From contig JAFSVB010000183.1 in the NCBI GenBank assembly GCA_017450325.1, positions 1-53,295 of the forward strand: a DNA stretch of 53,295 bases, read 5' to 3'. Position 1 is the stretch's first letter; every line of letters begins with the position of its first letter. The notes beneath the pieces were generated by a model. The model had not been told where the DNA came from. It did not search any database and saw only the letters and a program-made list of their open reading frames with translations. Made by a program: the position numbers and the translations under genes. Below are positions 29,052 to 38,012 of the stretch, one piece after another. The DNA comes from Bacilli bacterium (GTDB lineage Bacteria > Bacillota_I > Bacilli_A > RFN20 > CAG-826).

Positions 29052-29501
29052 ATGTCCTCTCTTTCCAACCTTAAAAACGCCGCCGGCGCCCGCACCGATT
29101 CCTTCCGCAAGGGTAGGGGTCGTGGCACGGGCAACGGCAAAACCGCCGGCAAGGGACAGAAAGGCCAGGGTGCCCACGCCCACACCAAAGCCAATGGCTT
29201 CGAAGGTGGACAGACCCCGATCGCCCGCCGTCTCCCGAAGTTCGGCGTCCGCAAGACCCACAAGGGTCGCAAGACCAACTACGCCACCGTTAATCTCGCC
29301 CGCCTCAATTGCTTCGAGGATGGTGCCACCGTCAATGCAGCCGCTTTGATTGAAAAACGTATTATCAAAGAGGAGCTCGATGGTGTTAAAATCCTCGGGA
29401 AAGGCACCTTAGAGAGGAAGCTCGTCGTGGAAGCCAAGGCCTTCAGCGCCTCGGCCAAAGCCGCGATCGAAGCCCTCGGTGGTGAAGCGAAGGTCCTCTA
29501 A
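29052..29501 (+). CDS. rplO: 50S ribosomal protein L15
   Basis: LSNLKNAAGAR...RGRGTGNGKTAGKGQKGQ. It starts 2 nt after the rpsE stop, which leaves no room for rpmD. Confidence 0.96.
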   Translation: MSSLSNLKNAAGARTDSFRKGRGRGTGNGKTAGKGQKGQGAHAHTKANGFEGGQTPIARRLPKFGVRKTHKGRKTNYATVNLARLNCFEDGATVNAAALIEKRIIKEELDGVKILGKGTLERKLVVEAKAFSASAKAAIEALGGEAKVL

Positions 29502-30868
29502 TGCGCAAATTCGTCTCAATCTTCAAAAACAAAGAAATCGTCGGTCGCATTTTCTTCACGATCATGATTCTCTTCGTGGTCAGGATTGGGGCGGCCATCA
29601 CGGTACCGCTGGTTCAACCCAAAAGCGGTCTAGCCGATGCCATGAATTCGGGCAACGCCTTAGCCCTTATGGACTTGCTCGGAGGCGGCGCGTTAAGCAA
29701 CTTCTCCGTCTTCGCGTTAGGCGTATCGCCCTACATTACGTCACAGATTATCGTCGAGCTTCTCAGCAAAGACGTCTTGCCCGCACTGACTGAGCTATCC
29801 AAGCAAGGTCAGTACGGCCGCAAGAAGATCGAGATGTCGACGCGTTACCTGTGCCTGCTCCTTGGCGCCGTCCAAGGCTATGGCATCATCAAGACGATGG
29901 AGAATTCCGATTACATCGGATTTATCGACTCCTCACTGCAGGGGAGCTTCTGGTCCTACGCCTACATCGTCACGGTCCTGCTCGCTGGAACGATGCTCTC
30001 GCTCTGGCTCGGCGACCAAATCACCGAAAAAGGCTTAGGCAACGGCATCTCCGTCATCATCTTCGCCGGATGCGTCCGTTCCCTCCCCATCCAAATCTCC
30101 ACCGCATGGCAGAAGTGGGTCATGGTCAATATCGGCCATGGCGACCAGGCGGTCATTCAGGGCTCCTTCCAATTCGCCCTCTATGTCCTCGCCTTGCTGC
30201 TCATCGTCTCGGGCGTCGTATTCTTCGAGCTCGCCAGACGCAAAATCCCCGTACAGCATGCGGGCAAAGGCGGCGCAAGCGCCTCGATGGCCAAGGCCTC
30301 GTTCCTTCCCATCAAGGTCAACAGCGCCGGCGTCATCCCCGTCATCTTCGCCTCCTCCATCCTCATGGCGCCTTCCGTCATCGCGAGCTTCATCTCCGCC
30401 GATGCCGGCAACGCCCAATGGCTCAAGATCTTCTCCTACAGTGAGATGTTCCCGATGCCGTGGTTCAATGGGGATACGTGGTATATGCCTTGGGGACTCA
30501 TCATCTATATCGTTTTGATCCTCGCGTTCACCTTCTTCTACTCCGAGATGCAAATGGATCCGGAGAACATGGCGGACAATTTCCAGAAGAACGGCTCCTA
30601 CATCCCGGGCATCCGTCCGGGCAAAGAGACGGAACGCTATGTGCGCAAGGTTCTTAACCGCGTGACCTGCATCGGCGCGATCGCCCTTGCCGTCATTGCG
30701 GCCATCCCCATCACTCTGACCCTTTCCGGCGTATTCGGCGCGGATAGCTCGCTCGCCATCGGCGGCACGGGCATGATCATCGTCGTCGGCGTCTGCATCG
30801 AGCTCAATGCGCAGATCGATGGCTTGCTCGCCGGAAAATCCTTTGAAGAAGTACAAGGAGGCATGTAA
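29501..30868 (+). CDS. secY: Preprotein translocase subunit SecY
   Basis: 455 aa, 10 TM. FALGVSPYITSQIIVELL and GNGISVIIFAG motifs. Confidence 0.97.
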   Translation: MRKFVSIFKNKEIVGRIFFTIMILFVVRIGAAITVPLVQPKSGLADAMNSGNALALMDLLGGGALSNFSVFALGVSPYITSQIIVELLSKDVLPALTELSKQGQYGRKKIEMSTRYLCLLLGAVQGYGIIKTMENSDYIGFIDSSLQGSFWSYAYIVTVLLAGTMLSLWLGDQITEKGLGNGISVIIFAGCVRSLPIQISTAWQKWVMVNIGHGDQAVIQGSFQFALYVLALLLIVSGVVFFELARRKIPVQHAGKGGASASMAKASFLPIKVNSAGVIPVIFASSILMAPSVIASFISADAGNAQWLKIFSYSEMFPMPWFNGDTWYMPWGLIIYIVLILAFTFFYSEMQMDPENMADNFQKNGSYIPGIRPGKETERYVRKVLNRVTCIGAIALAVIAAIPITLTLSGVFGADSSLAIGGTGMIIVVGVCIELNAQIDGLLAGKSFEEVQGGM

Positions 30869-31521
30869 TGCTGAATATCATCCTCATGGGGCCCCCTGGG
30901 GCTGGCAAAGGCACCCAAGCCGTCCGCATCATCGATGAATTCCATCTTCCCCATATCTCGACGGGAGATATCTTCCGCGAGAACATCTCCAAGGGAACCG
31001 AACTCGGTCTCAAGGCCAAGGCCATCATCGAGCGTGGCGATCTCGTCCCCGACGACCTCACCATCGACTTAGTGAAGTCCCGCCTCAGTCAAGAAGACTG
31101 CGCGAATGGCTATCTTTTGGATGGCTTCCCGCGCACCATCGCCCAAGCCGAAGCCCTCAAGAAGATGGGCCCGGAAATCGGGCGCGCCGTGAACCTCGTC
31201 GTCGACATCACCGTCCCCGACGAAGTGCTCGTGCAGCGCATCGCTGGGCGGAGGGTCTGTCCCAAGTGCGGCGCCTCCTACAACGTGGTTTCGATGAAGC
31301 CCGCGGTGGAAGGTATCTGCGATCGGTGCGGATCCGCGCTCATCCAGCGCAAGGACGACAATCCAGAGTCGTTTAAAATCCGTCTGGATAACTACTATGC
31401 TCAAACTGCTCCCCTTGTCGATTTCTACAAGGCGGAGGGACTCTACCACCATTTCGATGGCATGGAAGGATTGGAGAAGGTTTCTGCGCAAATCGCGGAC
31501 CTTTTGAAGAAAACCCTATGA
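30868..31521 (+). CDS. adk: Adenylate kinase (zinc-lid form)
   Basis: ILMGPPGAGKGTQA, LLDGFPRT, and lid CPKCGASYN...CDRCGS. Confidence 0.97.
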   Translation: MLNIILMGPPGAGKGTQAVRIIDEFHLPHISTGDIFRENISKGTELGLKAKAIIERGDLVPDDLTIDLVKSRLSQEDCANGYLLDGFPRTIAQAEALKKMGPEIGRAVNLVVDITVPDEVLVQRIAGRRVCPKCGASYNVVSMKPAVEGICDRCGSALIQRKDDNPESFKIRLDNYYAQTAPLVDFYKAEGLYHHFDGMEGLEKVSAQIADLLKKTL

Positions 31522-32267
31522 TCATCGTGAAGTCGCCGCGGGAAATCGGCCTCGTCCGCGAGGCCGCCCGCGTCGTCGCTGTGGCCTTGGAGGAGATTCG
31601 GGAATTCGTCGTTCCTGGCGTCTCCACCCAAGAGCTCAACGACAAGATCGACGCGATCGTCCGTCGCGAGGGCGCCTACCCAGCCGAACTTGGCTACTAT
31701 GGCTACCCTGGCTCGGTGTGCGCCTCGGTCAACGAATGCATCCTGCATGGCATCCCCTCTCCAAAGAAGGTCCTCCGGGATGGGGACATCATCACGTTGG
31801 ACCTCGTCGCGAAGAAAAACGGGTACTGCGGAGACGCGGCTCGGACCTATTTGGTCGGCATTTGCGGCGAAAGACAAAAAAGAATGGTAGCCATCGCGGA
31901 AGAATGCTTCTATAATGCTATGTCCCTGGTGAAACCAGGGGCGCACGTTGGAGACATCTCCCACGCGATTGAGGAGACCGCGAAGAAGTACGGCTGCTCG
32001 GTACCCCGCGAATACACGGGGCACGGCATCGGCACCTCGATGCACGAGGATCCTGCCATCCCATGTTACGGACGCCCGGGAACGGGCCCTGTTTTACGGG
32101 AGGGCATGACCATCTGCGTCGAACCGATGATCCTCGAGGGCAAGCCGAACGTCCGCGTCCTCGGCGATGGATGGACGGTGCTCGCCAAAGATGGCAAGCT
32201 CACCAGCCATTACGAGAACACGCTGGTGGTCACTTCCGATGGCTATGAGATCCTCAGCAAGCTATAA
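31518..32267 (+). CDS. map: Methionine aminopeptidase, type I
   Basis: VCASVNECILHGIP, ITLDLVAKKNGYCGDAARTY, YTGHGIG, EPMI, and HYENTLVVT. Confidence 0.96.
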   Translation: MIIVKSPREIGLVREAARVVAVALEEIREFVVPGVSTQELNDKIDAIVRREGAYPAELGYYGYPGSVCASVNECILHGIPSPKKVLRDGDIITLDLVAKKNGYCGDAARTYLVGICGERQKRMVAIAEECFYNAMSLVKPGAHVGDISHAIEETAKKYGCSVPREYTGHGIGTSMHEDPAIPCYGRPGTGPVLREGMTICVEPMILEGKPNVRVLGDGWTVLAKDGKLTSHYENTLVVTSDGYEILSKL

Positions 32268-32288
32268 GGCAGAAAGGAGTTCGTCAAT

Positions 32289-32513
32289 TTGAGCAAAGAA
32301 GACTGCATCGAAGTAGAGGCGACGGTGTTGGAATGTCTACCCAACGCCAACTTCAAGGTGAAGCTCGCCAACAACGGAGCCGTGGTCCAAGCCTGCGTTT
32401 CGGGCAAAATCCGCATGAACTACATTCGGATTCTCCCCGGTGATCGGGTCACGGTCCAATTCTCACCTTACGACTTAACACGTGGGCGAATTACGTTCCG
32501 GTACCGTAACTGA
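32289..32513 (+). CDS. infA: Translation initiation factor IF-1
   Basis: TTG start 9 nt after [29 protein letters not shown]...[36 protein letters not shown]. Confidence 0.95.
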   Translation: MSKEDCIEVEATVLECLPNANFKVKLANNGAVVQACVSGKIRMNYIRILPGDRVTVQFSPYDLTRGRITFRYRN

Positions 32514-32547
32514 AGAAGTACCGATTCTCGAATTAGGAGCAAAAACA

Positions 32548-32661
32548 ATGAAAGTCAGACCGTCTGTCAAGCCGATCTGTGACAAGTGCAGGGTCATCCG
32601 CCGTCACGGTAAGCTAATGGTTATCTGCTCCAACCCCAAGCACAAGCAGCGTCAGGGTTGA
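32548..32661 (+). CDS. rpmJ: 50S ribosomal protein L36
   Basis: Not in the ORF track because it is under 60 aa. ATG 32548 follows TAGGAG; [37 protein letters not shown], stop at 32659-32661. Confidence 0.93.
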   Translation: MKVRPSVKPICDKCRVIRRHGKLMVICSNPKHKQRQG

Positions 32662-32682
32662 GCCAGAAAGGAATAATCGAAA

Positions 32683-33057
32683 ATGGCACGTATTGTCGGG
32701 GTCGATATCCCCAATGAAAAGCGCATCGTCGTCTCCCTCACCTACATCTATGGGATCGGCGACACCACGGCGAAGAAAATCTGCGCCGCCGTCAACATCA
32801 GCGAAGACATTCGCACCAAGAACCTCACCGATGAGCAATTGACCGCTCTTCGTGCCGAGGTCGCCAAATACCACACCGAGGGTGATCTCCGCCGCGAGGT
32901 CGCGCTCAACATCAAGCGCCTCACCGAAATCGGCTGCTACCGTGGCATCCGCCACAAAAAGGGCCTTCCGGTCCGCGGCCAGCGCACTCGTACCAATGCC
33001 CGTACCCGCAAAGGTAAGAGGAAGACCATCGCCAACAAGAAAGAGGCCGGCAAGTAA
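32683..33057 (+). CDS. rpsM: 30S ribosomal protein S13
   Basis: [26 protein letters not shown]...[26 protein letters not shown]. Confidence 0.97.
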   Translation: MARIVGVDIPNEKRIVVSLTYIYGIGDTTAKKICAAVNISEDIRTKNLTDEQLTALRAEVAKYHTEGDLRREVALNIKRLTEIGCYRGIRHKKGLPVRGQRTRTNARTRKGKRKTIANKKEAGK

Positions 33058-33073
33058 TACGGAGTAAGTAATC

Positions 33074-33472
33074 ATGGCTAATAACAAGAAATCCACGACC
33101 GCCCGTAAGAAAAAGATCAAACGGTCTTATACCAAAGGCGTGGCCCACATCCACGCCACCTTCAATAACACCATCGTGACCATCACCGACGTCCAAGGCA
33201 ACGTCATCGCCTGGAGCTCCGCCGGTGCCCTCGGTTACAAAGGTGCGAAGAAGTCCACCCCCTTCGCGGCCCAACTCGCCGCGGAAGCCGCTGCGAAGAC
33301 CGCCTTCGACCAAGGCCTTCGCACCGTCGACGTCGAGGTCAAAGGACCTGGCGCCGGCCGTGAATCCGCCGTCCGTGCCCTCACCGTCGTCGGACTCCAG
33401 GTCACCTCGATTGAAGATACGACTCCGATCCCCCATAACGGTTGCCGCCCTCCAAAGCGCCCCCGTGGTTAA
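33074..33472 (+). CDS. rpsK: 30S ribosomal protein S11
   Basis: [30 protein letters not shown]...[17 protein letters not shown]. Confidence 0.97.
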   Translation: MANNKKSTTARKKKIKRSYTKGVAHIHATFNNTIVTITDVQGNVIAWSSAGALGYKGAKKSTPFAAQLAAEAAAKTAFDQGLRTVDVEVKGPGAGRESAVRALTVVGLQVTSIEDTTPIPHNGCRPPKRPRG

Positions 33473-33521
33473 TCTCTAACCGAAACGCTTCTTCGTTACG
33501 AACCATATAGGAGGAAAATCA

Positions 33522-34526
33522 ATGGCAAATAAAGCCGAAAACAAAGTCGAAGAGATCAAACTCCCCAACCCGTTCGAACCTGTGAGGATCGGCATCGTCG
33601 TCAACGACGAGACTGAGAACTATGCGAAAATCGTCGCCAGCCCGCTTGAAAGGGGCTTCGGCATCACCCTTGGCAACGCGCTTCGCCGCGTCTTGCTAAG
33701 CGCTCTCCCCGGCGCCTCCGTGGTCGCCGTCCAAATCGAGGGCGCCCGTCACGAATTCACCGCTCTTAAGGGCGTTGAGGAAGACGTCACCGCGATCATC
33801 CTCAACCTCAAGGAACTCGTTCTCAAGATCGACGACAACTCTTCCGACCTCAAGCGCATCGAAGTCGACGTCAAGGGACCCTGCGTCCTCAAAGCCGGCG
33901 ACCTCGAGCTCCCCGCCTTGGTCTCCTGCTGCAATCCCGACCTCGAGATTGCGCACCTCAATGCGGATGCGCACCTCGTCATGACGATCTTCGCCGCCAA
34001 TGGCCGTGGATACGTCACCGCCGAGGCCAACAAGTCCGAGCGCCGCATCGATACCGTCGGCGTCATCACCACCGACTCCAACTACTCGCCGGTCGTCAAA
34101 GTCGCCTATAGCGTCGAGCCGACCCGCGTCCTTCACGATTCGAAGTTCGATGAGCTCACCCTCGAAGTCACCACCAATGGGTCCGTCAAGCCGCACGAAG
34201 CCGTCGCCCTTGCCGCCCAATTGCTGATCTCGCACTTCCAGCAGTTCATCACCCTCGAAGAGAAAGTCCAGGGCATCCGCCTCGTCAAAGAGGAGGTCCG
34301 CACCGAGGACAACAAGTTCCAGAACATGTTCATCGAGGAACTCGACCTCAGCGTCCGTTCCAATAACTGCCTGAAGAGGGCGGGAATCACCACCGTGTTG
34401 GAACTCACCCAAAAGACCGAGGAGGAAATGATGAAAGTCCGCAACCTCGGCAAGAAATCGCTCAAGGAAGTCAAAGAGAAACTCGCGGCCCACGGCCTAC
34501 ACTTCCGCGATTATGTAGGAGAATAA
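33522..34526 (+). CDS. rpoA: DNA-directed RNA polymerase subunit alpha
   Basis: GFGITLGNALRRVLLSALPGASV, and the C-terminal domain IEELDLSVRSNNCLKRAGITTVLELT. Confidence 0.97.
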   Translation: MANKAENKVEEIKLPNPFEPVRIGIVVNDETENYAKIVASPLERGFGITLGNALRRVLLSALPGASVVAVQIEGARHEFTALKGVEEDVTAIILNLKELVLKIDDNSSDLKRIEVDVKGPCVLKAGDLELPALVSCCNPDLEIAHLNADAHLVMTIFAANGRGYVTAEANKSERRIDTVGVITTDSNYSPVVKVAYSVEPTRVLHDSKFDELTLEVTTNGSVKPHEAVALAAQLLISHFQQFITLEEKVQGIRLVKEEVRTEDNKFQNMFIEELDLSVRSNNCLKRAGITTVLELTQKTEEEMMKVRNLGKKSLKEVKEKLAAHGLHFRDYVGE

Positions 34527-34529
34527 ACC

Positions 34530-34913
34530 ATGGCTGCACAAGGTAGAAAGAACGTTCATGGCAAGGCTGGCGTCCGCTTCAAGACCGGCTACACCGCCTC
34601 CAAGAACAAAGCGATGCTCCGCAACGTCGTGACCGACCTCATCGTCCACGAAGAAGTCAAGGTCACCAGCGGTGTCACCAAAGAGCTCAAGAAGCTCGCC
34701 GACCACATGATCACCCTCGCGAAGAGGAACGACCTCCATGCCCGTCGTCTCGCGGCGCAGACCGTCCGCTCCGAAGAAGCCCTCAAAAAGCTCTTCGCCG
34801 AACTCGGCCCCCGCATGGCGAACCGCAATGGCGGCTACACCCGTTCCTTCAAGCTCGGCGAACGTCGTGGCGACGCGGCGGAAGTCACGCTCGTCCGTTG
34901 GTCCGATCGCTAA
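34530..34913 (+). CDS. rplQ: 50S ribosomal protein L17
   Basis: LRNVVTDLIVHEEVKVTSGVTKELKKLADHMITLAK...NRNGGYTRSFKLGERRGDAAE. Confidence 0.96.
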   Translation: MAAQGRKNVHGKAGVRFKTGYTASKNKAMLRNVVTDLIVHEEVKVTSGVTKELKKLADHMITLAKRNDLHARRLAAQTVRSEEALKKLFAELGPRMANRNGGYTRSFKLGERRGDAAEVTLVRWSDR

Positions 34914-34934
34914 TTCGATTCGACATACTCGAAT

Positions 34935-34958
34935 AGGCGTCTCCTGTAGGCGCCTTTT
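34935..34958 (+). terminator. Weak candidate terminator after rplQ
   Basis: AGGCG...CGCCT 5-bp stem plus an inner CC/GG pair, followed by TTTTC. It is short and imperfect, so read-through into the next gene is plausible. Confidence 0.35.
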
Positions 34959-35103
34959 CTCATGCCATTTTCAAAAGGAGTGGGGTTTTGCGAGGATATT
35001 CCGATATTTACGGTTTCTCTTTCGCAGTGCGATAAACGACAACGACGAACAACCCGTGCGGATGCGTTATAAAAACGATAAAATGATGGTTGCTTAACGC
35101 GGG

Positions 35104-35134
35104 GGATATCAATCCAACTCCGACGACGATATCC
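35104..35134. repeat. Perfect 7-bp inverted repeat GGATATC-N17-GATATCC upstream of the TIR-NACHT gene
   Basis: GGATATC at 35104-35110 and GATATCC at 35128-35134. It ends 13 nt before the AGGAG RBS (35147-35151). Confidence 0.5.
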
Positions 35135-35156
35135 TCGAAAATTGTTAGGAGCATTC

Positions 35157-38012
35157 ATGATCAACGTCTTTATCAGCTATGGACATAACGACTATGACCA
35201 CGTCGCGCGCCGCATCGTGGAGGATCTAAGGGCGCGGGGCGACCTCGATGTTTTCTTCGACGTCGATTGCCTTGAGCGCGACGATTGGGAACAACTCATC
35301 ACCCAGGCCATCGAACGGTGCGATTATTTCGTCTTCTGCGTGAGCCAAAAATCCATCAGCCGCGACGGATATTGTCTCAATGAATTGTCGCGGGCTTGCG
35401 AGCTTAAGAAGACCTGCATCCCCTTGATGCTCGATGAGTCTTTCGTCCCCCTTTCCATTACGCGCCTGCAGCGGATTTTCTTCAATCGCTGCTGCAGCCT
35501 CGATAAGACCATCATCGAGGAAGTCTACGAGCCGAGCCTGCAGAAACTCATCAAGATCGTCACGGGCCAGGAAACACTTGGCTTCTATAACAAAGACATC
35601 GTCATCGAGGACCAACTCCAGACCTTCGACCCCTATGAAATCGTTCAGAATTCTCTTGATTTCGAAGGGCGCGACGCCTTCTTCAAGGACTTCGAGGAAT
35701 GGCTTAATAATCCAAGCGCCCTCCCGTTATATTTACTCGAAGCCGCTCCTGGCGTCGGCAAGACGGCGATGGCTTCGGCTTTGGCTACGCGCTATACCGC
35801 TTCGGTCGCCGGCATCCATTTCTGCGTCCATAATAACGCCGCGAAGACCAACCCCAAGAAAATCATCCTTTCGCTCGCTTGCCAGCTTGCTTATCGCTCC
35901 CCTGATTACCAAGAGACCCTGGCGGATATCCTCAAGAAAGAAGGGGGAGGCGAAGAGGGGGCGAAACGCCTATTCGAAATCTTCATCATTGAGCCATGTC
36001 GCAAAATTAAGTTCGATTCTGCACAGATTTTCGTCATCGACGGCTTGGATGAAGCGGTGGCGAATGGCAAGAACGAACTCGCGGAGATCATCGTCGCGAG
36101 CCAAGGCGCGCTTCCTTCTTGGCTACGCTTCCTCGTCACCTCCAGGCCCGAAGAAGATGTGCGCGGCTATTTCCAGGCATGCCACCGTTATGCGATGGAA
36201 GAATCTAGCGCCGAGAATAACGCCGACATCCGTCGTTTCTACGATAAGGCCTTTCAGTCTTATCACCCCGATGAGAAGTCCATGCAACTGCTCATGGAAA
36301 AGACCCATGGCTCATTTCTTTACGCCAGCGTCATCGTCAAATCGGTGAAGGCGAGGGAACTAGACATCCATAACGTCGAGAGTTTTCCAAACGGCATCTA
36401 TTCCTACTACAAGATGTGGTTCCATCGCATCTTTGATGACGGGCGGATTCCCTATGAAAAAGTCCGCTCCATCTTGTCGTTATTAAGCGTCGTCCAAGCG
36501 CCTCCAGATGTGTCCTTCCTCGCCGATGCGGCCTCGATGGAAGAAAAAGACGCCTATCGTTATGTCGATGCGCTTTCTTCTTTCTTGCGCGTGCAAAACG
36601 GCCTCGTCCGCCCACGTCATAAATCCATCATGGATTGGCTGACCACGCCGTCAATCTGCCCGAGCGAGTATCTCGTTTTGCCTAACGACGGCTATAAACT
36701 TCTTTACGCCTATATCAAAAAAGTCCGCGAGGCGGGCCGCGGCTGGAAGACCAATTACTATGTCATCCACGAATATAGCCGCTGCCTCCGCAACCTCAAA
36801 CTCTACGACGAACTTTGCTCGGTGATGCAGGATAGCAAGTACCTGCTCTCTTGCCTGAAGTCTCCTTTCTATAACTTATATGAAGGACTAGAGGAATACA
36901 TGATTAGCCTCGCTTGTCTCTATGCGGTCGACGAGGACTATTGCTTCGACGTCTACGATTCGGAGTGTTTTGCCTCAATCCTAGGCTCCTACCGCATGAA
37001 AATCTATAACGCGGGCTATTTCCTCGAGCTCCGCACCTGCGGCTTTGAGGATTATCTCTCCGAGAAATACGGCAGCAAAATCGGCGACAACATCGACTAT
37101 GAAATCGGCGTCGTCCATTTCTTCTATATCTCGTTGAACTTCCAAAAGGCGTCCAAGCGCCTTGCCGCGCTTGTGGCGAAGCACCCCTTAGACACCCTCG
37201 ACCTCGACCAACGCTCCGAGATTGAGCGCATGATGCTTCTTACTTACCGCAAGGAAGCGTTATTTGGGCAGATGGAAGAGGTGGCCCCCGCTGCCATCGC
37301 GGATGCGCGCGCTTCCAATAACGCATTCGAGGAATCCTTGGATTATCTCACGATGTCCAAGGTCTATTGCCGCGAACTCAAGAAGAAAGAATCCTTCGAA
37401 GCGGCGGAGGAAGCGGTGCGGATCCTTTCCGAGCAAATCGAGGCGGAGACGGACGAAAGCAATACCCAGATGGGCGACCATCTCTTCCTCGCCGAGGATT
37501 ATCGCGTCTATGCGGACGCGGCGATTTGGCATGGAGAATACGACCTTGCGGCGAACCTTCTTGGCAAGGCGCAGGCCATCTATACGCTCTATCACACGGT
37601 GGATCGTTATTATCCGCGTTTCCTCTATACGTCGCTTTTCTTGGAGATCGCTCGTCATGGCGAGACCAAGCGGATTGAAGAACTTCGCACGAAGCTCGAG
37701 AAAGTCCTTAGCAGCAGCAAAGATAAATACGATAAAGCACAGTTCCTATTCTTAGACGCGCTTTATTATTTCTTAGAGGGCAAGAACAATCCGGAATCGC
37801 TTCAAAAAGTGGAGCCGCGGCTAAAGCAAGCCATCGCCTTCGACAAAGACATCAGCGTGCCCCTAGAGGCCCTCGAGGCAAAATGCCTGATGAACCTCTA
37901 TGACGAAGCGTGTGACCGTCCCGCCCGATTTAACGACAAACATAACGAATATACGGATGTCTGGATTGCCTACGTCGAGCAAAAGATCCGGGAATGGAGG
38001 CAAAATCGATGA
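35157..38012 (+). CDS. TIR-NACHT-helical repeat STAND NTPase (bacterial NLR-like; candidate anti-phage defence protein)
   Basis: The track ORF begins at TTG 35142; ATG 35157 lies 5 nt after AGGAG. TIR_2-like N-terminus VFISYGHNDYDHVARRIVEDL...DVFFDVDCLERDDWEQLITQAIERCDYFVFCVSQKSISRDGYCLNELSRA, with putative catalytic Glu76 (GAA 35382-35384). NACHT motifs: Walker A EAAPGVGKTAMA (Lys202, 35760-35762), Walker B IFVIDGLDEA, and signature LVTSRPEE. The C-terminal ~500 aa are helical and TPR-like (for example AEDYRVYADAAIWHGEYDLAANLLGKAQAIY). Confidence 0.85.
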   Translation: MINVFISYGHNDYDHVARRIVEDLRARGDLDVFFDVDCLERDDWEQLITQAIERCDYFVFCVSQKSISRDGYCLNELSRACELKKTCIPLMLDESFVPLSITRLQRIFFNRCCSLDKTIIEEVYEPSLQKLIKIVTGQETLGFYNKDIVIEDQLQTFDPYEIVQNSLDFEGRDAFFKDFEEWLNNPSALPLYLLEAAPGVGKTAMASALATRYTASVAGIHFCVHNNAAKTNPKKIILSLACQLAYRSPDYQETLADILKKEGGGEEGAKRLFEIFIIEPCRKIKFDSAQIFVIDGLDEAVANGKNELAEIIVASQGALPSWLRFLVTSRPEEDVRGYFQACHRYAMEESSAENNADIRRFYDKAFQSYHPDEKSMQLLMEKTHGSFLYASVIVKSVKARELDIHNVESFPNGIYSYYKMWFHRIFDDGRIPYEKVRSILSLLSVVQAPPDVSFLADAASMEEKDAYRYVDALSSFLRVQNGLVRPRHKSIMDWLTTPSICPSEYLVLPNDGYKLLYAYIKKVREAGRGWKTNYYVIHEYSRCLRNLKLYDELCSVMQDSKYLLSCLKSPFYNLYEGLEEYMISLACLYAVDEDYCFDVYDSECFASILGSYRMKIYNAGYFLELRTCGFEDYLSEKYGSKIGDNIDYEIGVVHFFYISLNFQKASKRLAALVAKHPLDTLDLDQRSEIERMMLLTYRKEALFGQMEEVAPAAIADARASNNAFEESLDYLTMSKVYCRELKKKESFEAAEEAVRILSEQIEAETDESNTQMGDHLFLAEDYRVYADAAIWHGEYDLAANLLGKAQAIYTLYHTVDRYYPRFLYTSLFLEIARHGETKRIEELRTKLEKVLSSSKDKYDKAQFLFLDALYYFLEGKNNPESLQKVEPRLKQAIAFDKDISVPLEALEAKCLMNLYDEACDRPARFNDKHNEYTDVWIAYVEQKIREWRQNR

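Noticed and set aside
20719-34493. Numerous 100-270-aa antisense or alternate-frame ORFs across the ribosomal operon (for example 20719..21501, 21974..22672, 23071..23682, 23713..24297, 26106..26606, 27369..28088, 28288..28935, 30035..30856, 31443..32045, 32614..33120, 32921..33436, 33696..34493).
   Set aside because: Every one overlaps a confidently identified r-protein, secY, adk, map or rpoA gene. Their compositions are Gly/Asp/Ala/Arg-rich and there are no start signals. They are artefacts of codon bias.
35434-36348. 304-aa plus-strand alternate-frame ORF inside the TIR-NACHT gene, plus several minus-strand ORFs there (35226..35615, 37260..37658).
   Set aside because: The translations are Ser/Arg/Pro-rich low-complexity sequence. 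The main frame carries coherent TIR and NACHT motifs throughout, so there is no evidence for an overlapping gene.
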